DNA of 64,000 nucleotides from Nitrospirota bacterium (lineage in GTDB: Bacteria; Nitrospirota; UBA9217). This document shows positions 31,240 to 42,530 of this stretch, piece after piece. The notes beneath the pieces were generated by a model. It had not been told where the DNA came from, ran no database searches, and was given only the letters and a program-made list of their open reading frames with translations. The position numbers and the translations under genes were made by a program. The stretch spans positions 352,001-416,000 of the forward strand of contig CAWCKW010000012.1 of assembly GCA_963796285.1 (NCBI GenBank), written 5' to 3'. Position 1 is the first letter of the stretch; each line of letters starts with the position of its first letter.

Positions 31240-33096
31240 GGGCTGTCGGGGAGTCCGACCGCAGTGGCGCAGCGGGTCTACCATGCGACGACCAGTGGCG
31301 GGCCATATTTCTTGGTGATGAGCTTTGCAGACAATACGACGAACAGCTATACGGACATTGGGTTGACAAACGGGACAAGGTATTACTATGTGGTGTGGGC
31401 CTTTGACGGTTCGCAGGAGTCGGCGAACAGCAACAAGGCCTCGGCCGTGCCGATCGATAATATTCCGCCCGTGATCTCGAATCTTGCGGTCACGAATATC
31501 CTGATGAAGAGCTTGACCATTACCGGATCACGGATAAACCGGCCGATTCCCAGGTCGAATACGGAACGAGCCCGGCTTACGGTCACGCAAGTGCGTTAAA
31601 CGGGACGCTTCTGACCAATCACTCCGTGGTCCTGGCCGGTCTGTCGGCTGGAACGGGCTATTTCTATCGTATAAACAGCCACGAAGCTGCCGGAAACCTT
31701 GCGATTGCCACGGGCAGTTTCACAACCCCGCGCCGTCGAATCTGAAATCGCTTCAGTCGGTAACCGTCACGCTTCCCGCAGGGGCCGCATCAATTTCGGT
31801 GACAATCAATGGCGTGGATCCGACGAAGGCCTTCTTGGAATTCGGGACGAGCTTCAACGATGCCAATCCCCAGTACTCGCATATCTCGGATCGGATCAGC
31901 CCCAATGGGACGAGTTTGGTATTTCAGTGTTATGGCGGGGCGGGGCCTCAGGCCGTGACGATCAAGTGGTATGTGGCGGAGTTTATTAGCGGAGTGACGG
32001 TGCAGCGTGGCAGCGTGGCCATGCCGACGGCAAGCTTGAACGTGACGTAGCCGGCAACGGTGGATCTGTCGAAGGCGTTTGTGCTGGTCTCCTATCGCAA
32101 CTCGGGGGGGTAGTACGATGGCAATGATTTTATACGGGCGAAGCTGACCTCGGGGACGAATTTAGAACTGTCTGCCTACGGGCGCTATCGAGTGGAACGG
32201 TGGAGTGGCAGGTGGTGGAGTATGCGGGGGCACGGGTGCAGAGTGGTGATGTCTCGTTATTGGCGACGGATGGGACGAAGACGTCGACGCTGGGGACAGC
32301 GGTGAATCTTCAGAAATCTTGGTTGGTCTGCACCTACAAGAGCGATAGCGGGACGCCTACAAATATTGGGCAGAAGCTGGTACGGGGGTGGTGACGGATT
32401 CAACCACATTGACGTTTGATCGGAGCCAGACGGGGCCAACGGTGGATGTGACGTGGTATTTGGTGGAGTTTACGGATGAAACCACGGTTCAACGAGGGCG
32501 TGCAAGTTTTGGGATAGTGGATACGGTGAATAATGTTGTGATTCAGCGGGTGGACTTAACGAAATCGATTGCTGCCGGTGAATACATTGGGAAAGGTCGT
32601 CGGCCGGCTTATTCGGCGGATGACAATCCGGGTGTGGGCTGGATGAGGCTGGACCTGACAAGTGGGACAAATCTGCGAATCAGTCGCGGTGTAACAGGAA
32701 ATTCTGTTGCCGATGTCGGATGGTTTGTGGTCAGTTTCCCTTGATCTCAATGTTGCTTTCAGCCGATCCAGAATTGGATCGATAAGCTTTATGTCCGATC
32801 GTTCAAGTCCGGTTCCGTGACCTTCGGAGGCCCGCGCTCCGCGGGTTCCATCGGTCCGGCCTACCCTGATAATACCAATTATGTGGTGCTGATCAGACCG
32901 GCCACGGGACATGCGGATCAGACCGCACCGTCAACGGATCGCCTGGACGCTTTTGAACCTGGTCGCGTTCAATCTTGCAATGAACTGCAGCGAGGGTTTG
33001 CCGAACTGGTGCGCAGCCTGTGCTCTGGACGGGAGTTGCACCATCGAAGCGACCGATCTTCAGCTTTTCATGGACAACTTTGAAAGAAGTTTGTAA
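31240..33096 (+). pseudogene. Decayed 3' tail of the second S8 gene (FnIII domains, a triplicated beta domain, dockerin-like end)
   Basis: Fragments homologous to upstream repeats; nonsense codons at 31237, 32048 and 32111; three W-x-V-x-E-F/Y...VQxG units; terminal LDGSCTIEATDLQLFMDNF. Confidence 0.75.
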
Positions 33097-33134
33097 CAGT
33101 GAGTCAAAATTGCCTTAAAAAGGGGGAAAAATAA

Positions 33135-35033
33135 ATGAACGCCATGATCGAGCAGGACCGTCTCCATATCATCCTGCTTTGGCTGATGCTGATTGCATAC
33201 GGCCTGGGAATAATCGGATGGCTTCATCTGGATACAACACCGCCGATGTTTGACCAGTCCGTCATCTTAAAGGAGAGCCTTCACTATTATGATCTTCTCA
33301 AAGAACAACCGCTGCATAAGGCGCTCTGGAAAATGGCAACAGACTATCCTGACTACTACCCTCCGTTCGTCCCTTATATCGCTGCGGGTCTTTATTTTAT
33401 ATTCGGGAATTCATCCCATACGGCGGTGCTGGCGGTCCTCCCGTTTCTGGGGCTTCTCAGCTGGGCCATCTATGCGATGGGGAGGTTCCTATGGGGAAGC
33501 AGTGCCGGACTACTTGCGGTTTTTCTCGTTCTAACATCGCCCATGATCATCGGCCATTCCAGGGAGTTTCTGCTGGATCTTCCACTTTCCGCCATGGTGG
33601 CTGCCGGGCTTTATTTTCTTATTCGCAGTCGAGATTTTGAGGACAATCGGTATTCAACCATAACGGGTGTGATACTGGGACTCGGTATGTTGACGAAATG
33701 GGCCTTGGCGTTTTTCATGATCGGCCCCATGATCCTTATAGCGGTGCGGCTTTTCGGACGAACCTGGTCTCGGTGGAAGGATCGCGTGATTGCAGGCATT
33801 GCCGCCACGCTTATGTTTGGCGTGGGAATCGTTCTCCATGCTTCGCTTACCTCTCAAGTTAGGATGGCAGCGAAGGTCTTTCTTTATATAGCAGCCGTTT
33901 CAACTGCTATTGCGCTTTGGCCGACGGTCGGGCGTTATTGGGGAAAAGCTCTCTCATGGAAGAGAATCCCTTTGCTCAAGGGCGCCAACGAAAATGTTCG
34001 GCCGCAATGGTCGAATTTTTTCCGGGTGCTTGCGATTGCGATCATCCTGTCAGGTCCCTGGTATTTCGTTAATATCGGCCTTATGCGAGCGGACTTGACA
34101 CATTACGCCACCGAAATGGGACCCTTTGAAAATCATCCTGATGTGCTGTCCGTTCCATCGGTGATGTTCCATTTTTGGGATCTCATTAATTTTCAACTTT
34201 TCCTTCCGTTTGCTCTTTTGGCGTTTGCCGGTATTCTGTGGGCCTCGTGGTCCCGTCCTGCCGGAAAAAACGGGGCCATAATCATGAGCGCGTTTGTGAG
34301 CGGATGGATCATCCTGACCCTGATCGCAAACAAAAACCCGCGATATTCGTTGCCCCTCATTGCTCCGGCGCTTCTTTTGGGGAGTGCCTGGGTGGTCAGC
34401 CGACCGCGGATTCTGCGATATTCCTTGTCAGCTGCATTGATTGTAGTGGGGTTGATCCAGTACGGGGCGGTGAGATATGATTATGGACCGATTCATGAAA
34501 CCGTGAGCGTTCCATTGCCGAAATCAAGTCTGACGGAGTTTCGCGATTTGCCGGCCCAAATGGTGATTTATTCCACGGCAACAAAAATGTACACCGACCT
34601 CGGTATTTATTACTCTCATCCTCCGTTAAAGGAACACTGGCCTCTTGAAGAGATTTTGGATAGAACCCGCGAAGAGGATCCGGATCACCCGCCGGTCTTG
34701 GTGGTCGCTTATTTTGATCGATTTCTGAATACTTCGAATCTTTTCTACCTCGGCCAGCGAATTGGGTCTCCCGTCAAAGTGCTCGATGTCCTGTGGAAGG
34801 GCTTCGATCAGGAGCCTCGGAAGTGGGCCGGTCGTCATTATCTATTGACAAGAATGGACGATCCTCGTACAACGGCGCGTGAAGCCGCCTTGCGAGAAAC
34901 GTTTCCAGACCTGGACGCTCGCGTAGTACAAACGTGGCGCTTGCCGAATCAAACGGTGATCCAGCTTTTATGTATACAGACGGATGGGATATCAAGTTCA
35001 GCCGTAACGAACGGGAAGGTGCCGGCCATATGA
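33135..35033 (+). CDS. GT-C membrane glycosyltransferase (ArnT/PMT_2-like)
   Basis: PPMFDQ, YYPP, REFLLDLPL, GLGMLTKW, KNPRYSLP; many TM segments. Confidence 0.85.
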   Translation: MNAMIEQDRLHIILLWLMLIAYGLGIIGWLHLDTTPPMFDQSVILKESLHYYDLLKEQPLHKALWKMATDYPDYYPPFVPYIAAGLYFIFGNSSHTAVLAVLPFLGLLSWAIYAMGRFLWGSSAGLLAVFLVLTSPMIIGHSREFLLDLPLSAMVAAGLYFLIRSRDFEDNRYSTITGVILGLGMLTKWALAFFMIGPMILIAVRLFGRTWSRWKDRVIAGIAATLMFGVGIVLHASLTSQVRMAAKVFLYIAAVSTAIALWPTVGRYWGKALSWKRIPLLKGANENVRPQWSNFFRVLAIAIILSGPWYFVNIGLMRADLTHYATEMGPFENHPDVLSVPSVMFHFWDLINFQLFLPFALLAFAGILWASWSRPAGKNGAIIMSAFVSGWIILTLIANKNPRYSLPLIAPALLLGSAWVVSRPRILRYSLSAALIVVGLIQYGAVRYDYGPIHETVSVPLPKSSLTEFRDLPAQMVIYSTATKMYTDLGIYYSHPPLKEHWPLEEILDRTREEDPDHPPVLVVAYFDRFLNTSNLFYLGQRIGSPVKVLDVLWKGFDQEPRKWAGRHYLLTRMDDPRTTAREAALRETFPDLDARVVQTWRLPNQTVIQLLCIQTDGISSSAVTNGKVPAI

Positions 35034-35368
35034 ATCTGCTGGGAATCTCGGAGTTCTTATCGCAGCGATCCAGGGATCTGTAGTGGCGCCATTCATTTAA
35101 ACGCCGTTCTAAGCGTCAATTTATTGTGCAATATGGAAGATCGACACCGAACAGTTAAGAGCAAACGATGCTCAACAGGCCTACAATAGAAATGACGTGA
35201 ACGATGATCTCCCCAAGGTAAGTGACGTCTGATCGACGCGATAAAATAGTATGAAATGATTAATATCGTTGCCAGCATTCATGTGACTTATGTCTGGGTG
35301 CGCCGGTAAAATAATATCAAGACGGCAGTGTCGTGATCACCTACATTGAGGAAGATTAGGATAAATCT

Positions 35369-36271
35369 ATGGATATTTCTGTAATTTTTGCAACATACAA
35401 TCGGCCCAAGATGCTTGAGGAAACCCTCGACAGATTCCTCTCATTGAAGACGGAAAATCTTACTTGGGAAATAGTTCTCGTCGATAACGCGGGAGACCCG
35501 GAGACTGAACGTGTGGCCAAAAAGTTTGCTGAATTACTGCCGATACACTTCCTGACAGTCACACAGCGCGGGAAAAACAACGCGCTCAACAGGGCTGTGA
35601 CAGAAGCGCGAGGGGACCTTTTCGTTTTTACGGATGATGATGTGGTCGTTGAACCGGACTGGCTCATCGAAATGTGGGAGGGAGCAAAGCGCTGGCCGAA
35701 GCACCACGTTTTTGGCGGAAGAATTTTACCGAAATATCCAGCGGGCCACGTGCCGTCTTTAGATCATCCATTTTTCTTAGGTGCGTACGCGATATCGGAT
35801 TGGGGTATCCCGGAGGGAATTTACGAGGCCCATCGGGTATGGGGGCCGAACATGGCGATCAGGGAGGGAATCTTTAAGGAAGGATGGAAATTCAATGCTG
35901 ATATAAGCATCGATGGAAGCATGGGAAGTGAAACAGAGCTGACAAACAGGCTCGAAAAAGCCGGAATTCCTGCCGTTTATCTTCCAAAATCCCTCGTGCA
36001 TCACCAGATACGAAAAGAACAACTTGAACTGGTCTGGCTGTATGACAGGGCGTTCCGGTTCGGACAACATTATGCCCAAATAGAGAACAAGTCAAACATA
36101 TCAAAGGTTATTGGAATTCCGCCTCGCCTGATAATAACGATTATGAAAGCCTATATTCGCATTGCACTATCGCTTTTTAGCAAGGATAAAAAAAATAAAT
36201 TCGATTGTTGGATTTTCTTGTGGGAGACACGAGGCAGGATTCGCTGGTATAGAAAATATTACCATCGATAA
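35369..36271 (+). CDS. GT2 glycosyltransferase
   Basis: ISVIFATYNR, LVDNA, GKNNALNRA, FTDDD, GPNMAIR. Confidence 0.9.
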   Translation: MDISVIFATYNRPKMLEETLDRFLSLKTENLTWEIVLVDNAGDPETERVAKKFAELLPIHFLTVTQRGKNNALNRAVTEARGDLFVFTDDDVVVEPDWLIEMWEGAKRWPKHHVFGGRILPKYPAGHVPSLDHPFFLGAYAISDWGIPEGIYEAHRVWGPNMAIREGIFKEGWKFNADISIDGSMGSETELTNRLEKAGIPAVYLPKSLVHHQIRKEQLELVWLYDRAFRFGQHYAQIENKSNISKVIGIPPRLIITIMKAYIRIALSLFSKDKKNKFDCWIFLWETRGRIRWYRKYYHR

Positions 36272-37431
36272 CATCTTGATGTCTTACCAGATGATTCATT
36301 GGTTCTGCGAAGAATGGTAAGAACGTATGTAAACAGCAAAATGCCCATCGCTGTTCCCACAGTATTGCTGATAACATCGAGAAGAGAAGAATCCCGCATA
36401 GGGAGATATGCCTGGGTCAGTTCGATGGCAAGGCTGATGCAGAAGCCGGAAAGTAAGGTGCCCCAGTATGCAATCGGACGCGACATGTATTTTGAAAATC
36501 GAAGCCAGGCTGCGAGAAAAAATCCGAAGGGCACAAATCCGAGGACATTGATCACGACGTCCATCAGGTTCCCGCGGGAGAACCATTGGTCTTTTTCGGG
36601 CGCGCCGAGTATGGTCCTGCGAAGGGGCTGAAAGGTCGCGGGCATCAGGAGATGGCTCCGGTCGCCTGAGTGGTTCCGTATCTGCCGGCCGCCATGTTCA
36701 TCGAACAGATACAATGCGATGGGCCCTTGTCCCCCTGATGTAACCGGTTGTCCGCGTTTTTGCCAGCCATGGAAATGGTCAAGGACTTCGCCGCTGTTTA
36801 ATGTATGATCGTAAATGGCCATGCCGAGGAAACTGCCGGTCCAGTACGATTCACCTGTTGGCGTGTTGCCCAGAATGAGATTGCCTGGATATCTCCGCAT
36901 GTCGGTCAAGATAAGATTGCGCGAATAAGAATGTTTTCTCACACCATCCAGGTAGAGGTCGGTGCCCCGCGGTCCTGACGTTATCGTCAATAGTCGGACT
37001 TCATTCCGTTGGAGAACGTTGTCCAGCCCCCATTCATAATAACGCGCGCGTCCTTTCTTGGCCTCGTTGAAGCTCCGGATGACCAGATGTGACTTCCACT
37101 GGCCGCAGAGAACGGTTACTTCTCCACGCGAATCCAGCAGCGCAAAGATCGAGGCGAGGTACTGTGAATTGTCCTGTTCCGGCCGGATCCTGAATTCGAT
37201 GCTGATTGCGCCGGAGTCTGAAAAGCCTTTCAGAAAATCACCGGGCTCTGAATACGTGACGATTCCCTGACCGTAAAAACGTATGCCGTTCATGTCCTGG
37301 AGCCATTCCAGCTTGTTCACAGGATTGAAATCGAACGGCCAGAGGCCGGCAACGAGGATGCCGAGCGTGATCAGCAAACACATGATGCCGAGTGCTGTTT
37401 TCCCCTTATTGTCCGTTGGCGCCATGCCCAT
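36259..37431 (-). CDS. VanZ family membrane protein with an inserted LamG/ConA-like domain
   Basis: GLWPFDF; LYLDG...ILGN...WTGS...AIYDHTL; NVLGFVPFG, IELTQAYLPMRDSSLLDVISNTVG. Confidence 0.8.
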   Translation of the reverse strand: MGMAPTDNKGKTALGIMCLLITLGILVAGLWPFDFNPVNKLEWLQDMNGIRFYGQGIVTYSEPGDFLKGFSDSGAISIEFRIRPEQDNSQYLASIFALLDSRGEVTVLCGQWKSHLVIRSFNEAKKGRARYYEWGLDNVLQRNEVRLLTITSGPRGTDLYLDGVRKHSYSRNLILTDMRRYPGNLILGNTPTGESYWTGSFLGMAIYDHTLNSGEVLDHFHGWQKRGQPVTSGGQGPIALYLFDEHGGRQIRNHSGDRSHLLMPATFQPLRRTILGAPEKDQWFSRGNLMDVVINVLGFVPFGFFLAAWLRFSKYMSRPIAYWGTLLSGFCISLAIELTQAYLPMRDSSLLDVISNTVGTAMGILLFTYVLTILRRTNESSGKTSRCYRW

Positions 37432-37611
37432 GGTCTGCAGTATATCGTAAGTCGGCCCGCATAAACAATAATAAAATATTAAGTATGCTCCCTCGCAGTG
37501 CCCTTGTGTAGGAATGACCTATGATCGATTTCGCCTGGAAAGGAGTGAAGCGTGATGGACCAACACGGCTCCGATTCGTTAGCAGGAACCGCGAAGCCCT
37601 GTTCGATGATC

Positions 37612-37914
37612 GTGATCATGTGGCATTCATAATGTTTTCGCTGGTATTGCTCTGGATCGGCGGGTTCTCGCTATGTTAAGGTCTCATGTCCTTATATGCA
37701 TTAGCATTCCCATTGTTATTTCTATTCTTTACCGTACCTTTCCCCAGCGCTGCACTGGAAAGGACCATTCCCATTATCCAGGCATACTCCGCTGAAGTCG
37801 CTTACAGGATCCTGCAGGCGATCGGCATGCCGATAGAGATAGAAGGTTTTGTTTTTCATTTGTTGATCCTGAATATCGGGGTTACACCGCAATGCAGCGG
37901 GATCAGGTCATCTA
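37612..37914 (+). pseudogene. Exosortase fragment
   Basis: MFSLVLLWIGGFSLC*GL...FPLLFLFFTVPFP...EGFVFHL...QCSGIRSS; in-frame TAA at 37677; homology ends after the catalytic Cys motif. Confidence 0.8.
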
Positions 37915-37923
37915 CAGACATCT

Positions 37924-38152
37924 GTCTCGCACTAAGTCGCAGTGTTCGCAAAGAAAAACAACGGCAGATGCTTGCTGAATGCTTTAATCTTTAGAAGAGA
38001 AGTTATAGATCAAGTTTTTTTATCATTTAATTTATGGCCACCTTTCTTTTGAGTATTGTACTTTCTTCGCGTCCTGCGTTTATGGACGCGTTATGGCTTG
38101 TCCCCGCGCTATCGCAAGAGCAGGGGGCAACAGCAGCTACGTCTTCGCGGTA
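37924..38152. repeat. Degenerate palindromic intergenic element
   Basis: ctcgcactaagtcgcagtgttcgcaaaga ... ttcttcgcgtcctgcg...cttcgcgg. Confidence 0.4.
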
Positions 38153-38269
38153 AAAAGATTTAGTTTTGTTTCATTGGTCTGGGTTTTGCCTCGCTAATAT
38201 ATTAGTATTTTCACAGTGTTCTCTGTGGTTGGTTTAGACAATACGACACTACAATAAAGGAGATTATCA

Positions 38270-39578
38270 ATGGTTCTTTTGGAAAAAATTAAAAAGCGCA
38301 GTGCAACAGTAGGTGTTATCGGTCTTGGTTATGTTGGTCTCCCGCTTGTTATCCAGTTCGTGAAGGCGGGGTACAAGATCGATCGGGTTCGATGTCGATG
38401 CAGAGAAGATCAAATACCTGAAGGCGGGGAAGACCTACATCAAACACATCCCCGGTGAAGAGGTAAGGCTGCTCAAAGGCAATGGCGGTTTTACTGCCAC
38501 GACGGATTTTTCATTGCTGAAAAAAGCGGACTGCATCATCATCTGTGTTCCTACGCCGCTGGGCAAGCATCATGAACCTGACCTCTCCTTTGTTCTGGAC
38601 ACGACAAGGATGGTGGCAAAGTACCTGCGGAAGGGCCAGCTTATCGTGCTTGAATCAACGACCTATCCGGGTACGACAGATGAGGATATGCGGTCAATAC
38701 TGGAAAGAACAGGACTTAAAGCAGGGGCGGACTTCCATCTTGCGTTCTCACCGGAGCGGGAAGACCCCAATAATAAGGATTATTCGACCAGCACGATCCC
38801 AAAGGTTGTGGGAGGCTATACTCCGGCCTGTCTGGAAGCGGCGAGGACCCTATATGACTCTGTTGTTGTAAGAACAGTCTCCGTGTCGTCCACAAGGGCT
38901 GCAGAAGCCACGAAACTGCTCGAAAACATCTACCGTTCCGTTAACATCGCGATGATCAATGAGCTTAAGATGATCTTTGACAGGATGGGCATCGACATTT
39001 GGGAGGTGATCGATGCGGCAAAGACCAAACCCTTCGGCTTTCAGGCCTTCTATCCGGGCCCTGGTCTGGGCGGTCACTGCATCCCCATCGACCCGTTCTA
39101 TCTTACCTGGAAGGCGCGGGAGCATGGCTATCATACGAAATTCATCGAACTGGCCGGCGAGATCAATACGCACATGCCGTATTACGTGGTAGAAAAGGTC
39201 ATTGACGCTCTGAATGCGAAAAAGAAGACCATACGGTCAGCCCGGATCCTCGTACTCGGCCTTGCATATAAGAAAGACATCGACGATACGCGGGAGTCGC
39301 CGTCCCTGAAGCTTATCGAACTCATGATGGAGAAGGGCGCTCATGTCGATTTCAATGATCCCTATATCCAGCGTACAAAAAAAATGCGCCACTACGATCT
39401 CAAGAAGAGCTCAGTACCGCTCACCAAAGAATCGCTTAAAAAATATGACTGCGTGATCATAGCCACGGACCATTCCTCCTACGATTACGGGTTCATCCTC
39501 AAACATGCATTGTTGATCGTGGACACCCGGAATGCAATGAAGGGGTTGAAGCATGGCGGGAAGGTTGTGAAGGCGTAA
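38270..39578 (+). CDS. wbpA: UDP-N-acetylglucosamine 6-dehydrogenase (WbpA-like), frameshift near 38380
   Basis: GLGYVGLP, CVPTP, ESTTYPGTT, SPEREDP, GGHCIPIDP, AYKKDIDDTRESP. Confidence 0.85.
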
Positions 39579-39649
39579 GGTACAGGGTACTGGGTACGGA
39601 CTTCTGTCGTCTGACGACTCTCCCTGAACCCTGAACCTGTCTTATTATT

Positions 39650-41716
39650 ATGACTGAACTCATTCTATCGATCATTGCAGCAATTTCCCTCTTCGCTCTG
39701 GGAATCTATGCTATCAGCAAGCAGAGGACTGCGGCAAACGTCGCCCTCTGTCTTTCTGCCGTGCTCCTTGCGGGCATTGAGCTCTTTGATCAATGGTCCT
39801 TGAGGTCAGCTGTAGATTTTGCGACGATCAAACAGATCTCGCTTTACCTGGAATCGTTCCTGCCCGGTTCACTCCTGCTTCTGGCTTTTACCTATGGCCG
39901 CAGCACGCCGTCTGACGCGATTTCGAAGACGCGGCTTGGACTTATAGCCGCTCTGATACTGATCCCGCTGGCCATAGTGCTTCTTCTGGGTAGCGATCTT
40001 TATTATGCCGCGGACTTTCCGATGAAAAGGGTCCTTTTCCTCGGGAGTGCGGGGTATTGGTATTATATCGGTATCATGATTTCACTCATCGTTGCCCTCG
40101 CGAGCGTTGAGGTCACCCTTACTGCGACGCACGGGATTGCCCGAAACCGTATGAAATTCGAGGCAATCGGGATAATGGGTTTGCTCGCAGTACTGATCTT
40201 CTATTACAGTCAGGGACTTCTGTACCGGACCATCAACATGAACCTCATGCCCATACGGTCGAGCGTAGTGATCTTTGCCGCGCTCCTGATCGGTTATTCG
40301 CGTGCTTTCAGAGGGAGCGGGACGCGTGTTTCGATATCGCGGCATATCCTGTACCGTTCCATTACCATGGTGGTCGTAGGCGTATATCTGCTCGTCCTTG
40401 GGCTTGTCGGCGAGGGAATGCGATATTTCGGTGTGACGTTCGGCAGGGATTTGACCGTTATTCTGGCATTCGCAGGCGCTATCCTGTTGATGTCCATATT
40501 TTTATCTGAAAAAGTACGAAGGAGGACGAAGGTCTATATTAATAAACATTTTTACGCGGGCAACAAGCATGACTACCGGGAGGAATGGATCAAGCTCACC
40601 AGCCGGTTTTCGTTGTGCGCGGCGCTCAGCGATGTTCAGGAGTCCATTCTCACCGTTTTCGCGGAGACATTCGGCGTTGCAGGCGCTTCGCTGTATCTTT
40701 CGAATCGGGAAGACAGGAGCTATATTCGTGTTTCTGAACTGGCCATGCCGAAAAGCCCGGTTGAGATACACATTTCCGGGGAGCTCTATAATTATTTTGC
40801 GCAACGTGAGCGTGTTTTGAATCTTACTGACGGAGAGTTTCCACTGTCGGCGTCCGAACGATCGATCTTTAGCCAGGCAGGAGCATGGCTGGTCATACCT
40901 ATGATCAGCAATAATAAAGTCATCGGGCTTGCAATGTTAAAGGAACAGATCGTTCCTGAGATGCTTATTTATGATGATTTTGACCTTATGAAAGTCCTGG
41001 CAAGGCAGGCTGCGCAGGCGATCACGAATCTCAGACTCTCGGAAGAAGTCATGGAAATGAGGGCGATGGCCGCAGTGTCAAGAATATCCACCTTCGTCAT
41101 CCACGACCTCAAGAATTTGACAACCGGTCTTTCACTTTGCGTGGACAACGCGGAAGAGTATATCGGCAATCCTGATTTCCAGAAGGATGCCATTACTACC
41201 ATGAGAAATACATTGTTCAAGATGAAAGATCTCATGCAGCGGCTCAAGTCCATCCCCGAGAAGGCCGCGCTCGATGTCAAAGTGAGCAATATCGACCGTT
41301 TGTCCCGGGAGGTTGTTGCCGAGTTCGCGAATTTGAGGCCAAAGCGCGTTGTGTATAAGGGCGCGCCCGTTTTTTCCTGCGTGGATGGAGAAGAGATAAA
41401 AAAGGTCATCGTGAATCTTGTGCAGAACGCCTTGGAGGCGAGCATTGAACAGGGGACCGTGCTGGTGGAAACACGCAAAGAGAACAATCACGTTTGTATT
41501 CAGGTTTCCGATACCGGCGGTGGAATGACAGATGACTTTATAAAAAACGACCTGTTTAAGCCGTTCAGGACCACGAAGAAGGCGGGGCTTGGCATCGGAT
41601 TGTATCAGTGCAGGCAGATCGTGGAGGCCCACGATGGCAGGATCGAAGTGCAGAGCGAGCCTGGCAAAGGGTCGGTTTTCACAACATGCCTGCCTGTCGT
41701 GGATGCCGTTGAGTAG
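39650..41716 (+). CDS. prsK: PEP-CTERM system histidine kinase PrsK
   Basis: Multi-TM N-terminus, KHFY..KHDYREEW, GAF, FVIHDLKN, FKPFRTTK..GLGIGLYQ. Confidence 0.92.
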   Translation: MTELILSIIAAISLFALGIYAISKQRTAANVALCLSAVLLAGIELFDQWSLRSAVDFATIKQISLYLESFLPGSLLLLAFTYGRSTPSDAISKTRLGLIAALILIPLAIVLLLGSDLYYAADFPMKRVLFLGSAGYWYYIGIMISLIVALASVEVTLTATHGIARNRMKFEAIGIMGLLAVLIFYYSQGLLYRTINMNLMPIRSSVVIFAALLIGYSRAFRGSGTRVSISRHILYRSITMVVVGVYLLVLGLVGEGMRYFGVTFGRDLTVILAFAGAILLMSIFLSEKVRRRTKVYINKHFYAGNKHDYREEWIKLTSRFSLCAALSDVQESILTVFAETFGVAGASLYLSNREDRSYIRVSELAMPKSPVEIHISGELYNYFAQRERVLNLTDGEFPLSASERSIFSQAGAWLVIPMISNNKVIGLAMLKEQIVPEMLIYDDFDLMKVLARQAAQAITNLRLSEEVMEMRAMAAVSRISTFVIHDLKNLTTGLSLCVDNAEEYIGNPDFQKDAITTMRNTLFKMKDLMQRLKSIPEKAALDVKVSNIDRLSREVVAEFANLRPKRVVYKGAPVFSCVDGEEIKKVIVNLVQNALEASIEQGTVLVETRKENNHVCIQVSDTGGGMTDDFIKNDLFKPFRTTKKAGLGIGLYQCRQIVEAHDGRIEVQSEPGKGSVFTTCLPVVDAVE

Positions 41717-41869
41717 ATAAACAGTCTATTTATTGATTGTCGAAATATATCGTACCCGGTCAGGACAAAAGAACAATTTCATATTTGGTCGTGAAGGATG
41801 TGAAGATATTAATCGGCCGGCAAGCCTGCATGCGTGCACAGTGACAAACGATCAGGTTCAGGAGATGCG

Positions 41870-42319
41870 ATGAAAACTGCTCTATTTGCCCTTTGCTCGG
41901 TGGTCTGGATGTCCTTGATATTTTACCTGTCCTCCATGCCGGGTGATGAGTTAGGCCCGGATATCTTGATCCTCAACCTGATTAAAAAAACCGGCCATTT
42001 TATTATTTTTGGCGTCCTCGCGGTACTGTATCTTTCCATGTTCAAGGGGAGGAAAACGCTTGTGGGTACAGGAAGCGCTTTATTTTTAATAAGCGTGTTC
42101 CTCACTGTTCTCTATGCCGTTAGCGACGAATATCATCAATCTTTTACCCCCGGTAGGCATTCGTCCGGATACGACGTGATCATCGATGCTTGCGGGGCGC
42201 TCACGGTTCTTGGTTTGTTATATAGACATAAAATAGGAAGAAACCTGTTACCTGCCTGGGTGAACAAGATGGTGAAAGGCTCATCGCGAAAGACCGCAAA
42301 GAGCACTAAGTCTGTTTAG
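41870..42319 (+). CDS. VanZ family protein
   Basis: IFYLSS, KTGHFIIFG, YAVSDEYHQSFTPGR, DVIID. Confidence 0.88.
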   Translation: MKTALFALCSVVWMSLIFYLSSMPGDELGPDILILNLIKKTGHFIIFGVLAVLYLSMFKGRKTLVGTGSALFLISVFLTVLYAVSDEYHQSFTPGRHSSGYDVIIDACGALTVLGLLYRHKIGRNLLPAWVNKMVKGSSRKTAKSTKSV

Positions 42320-42530
42320 ATAGGGCTTTAGCCGTTCCTTCTTTGTGGCTATTGCGACCTGGCGTGAAAAAAAATTGTTGTTAGTAGCGGTTATTGGCCG
42401 GATCCTGAGCAGCTGCACGAGAGTTATTGTATCAGTCTTATCATCGCTATTTGGGACGTCACGGTAACTAGTCGTCATGCTCTCTGTTCTTATTTAATGA
42501 TGTTTCTCTTCCAGCTGTGAGGTTGCCGAT

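Noticed and set aside
22264-31400. CRISPR array or diversity-generating retroelement behind the repeats
   Set aside because: Repeats are about 280-300 bp in-frame domain units; there are no spacers, cas genes or reverse transcriptase, and differences are not adenine-specific.
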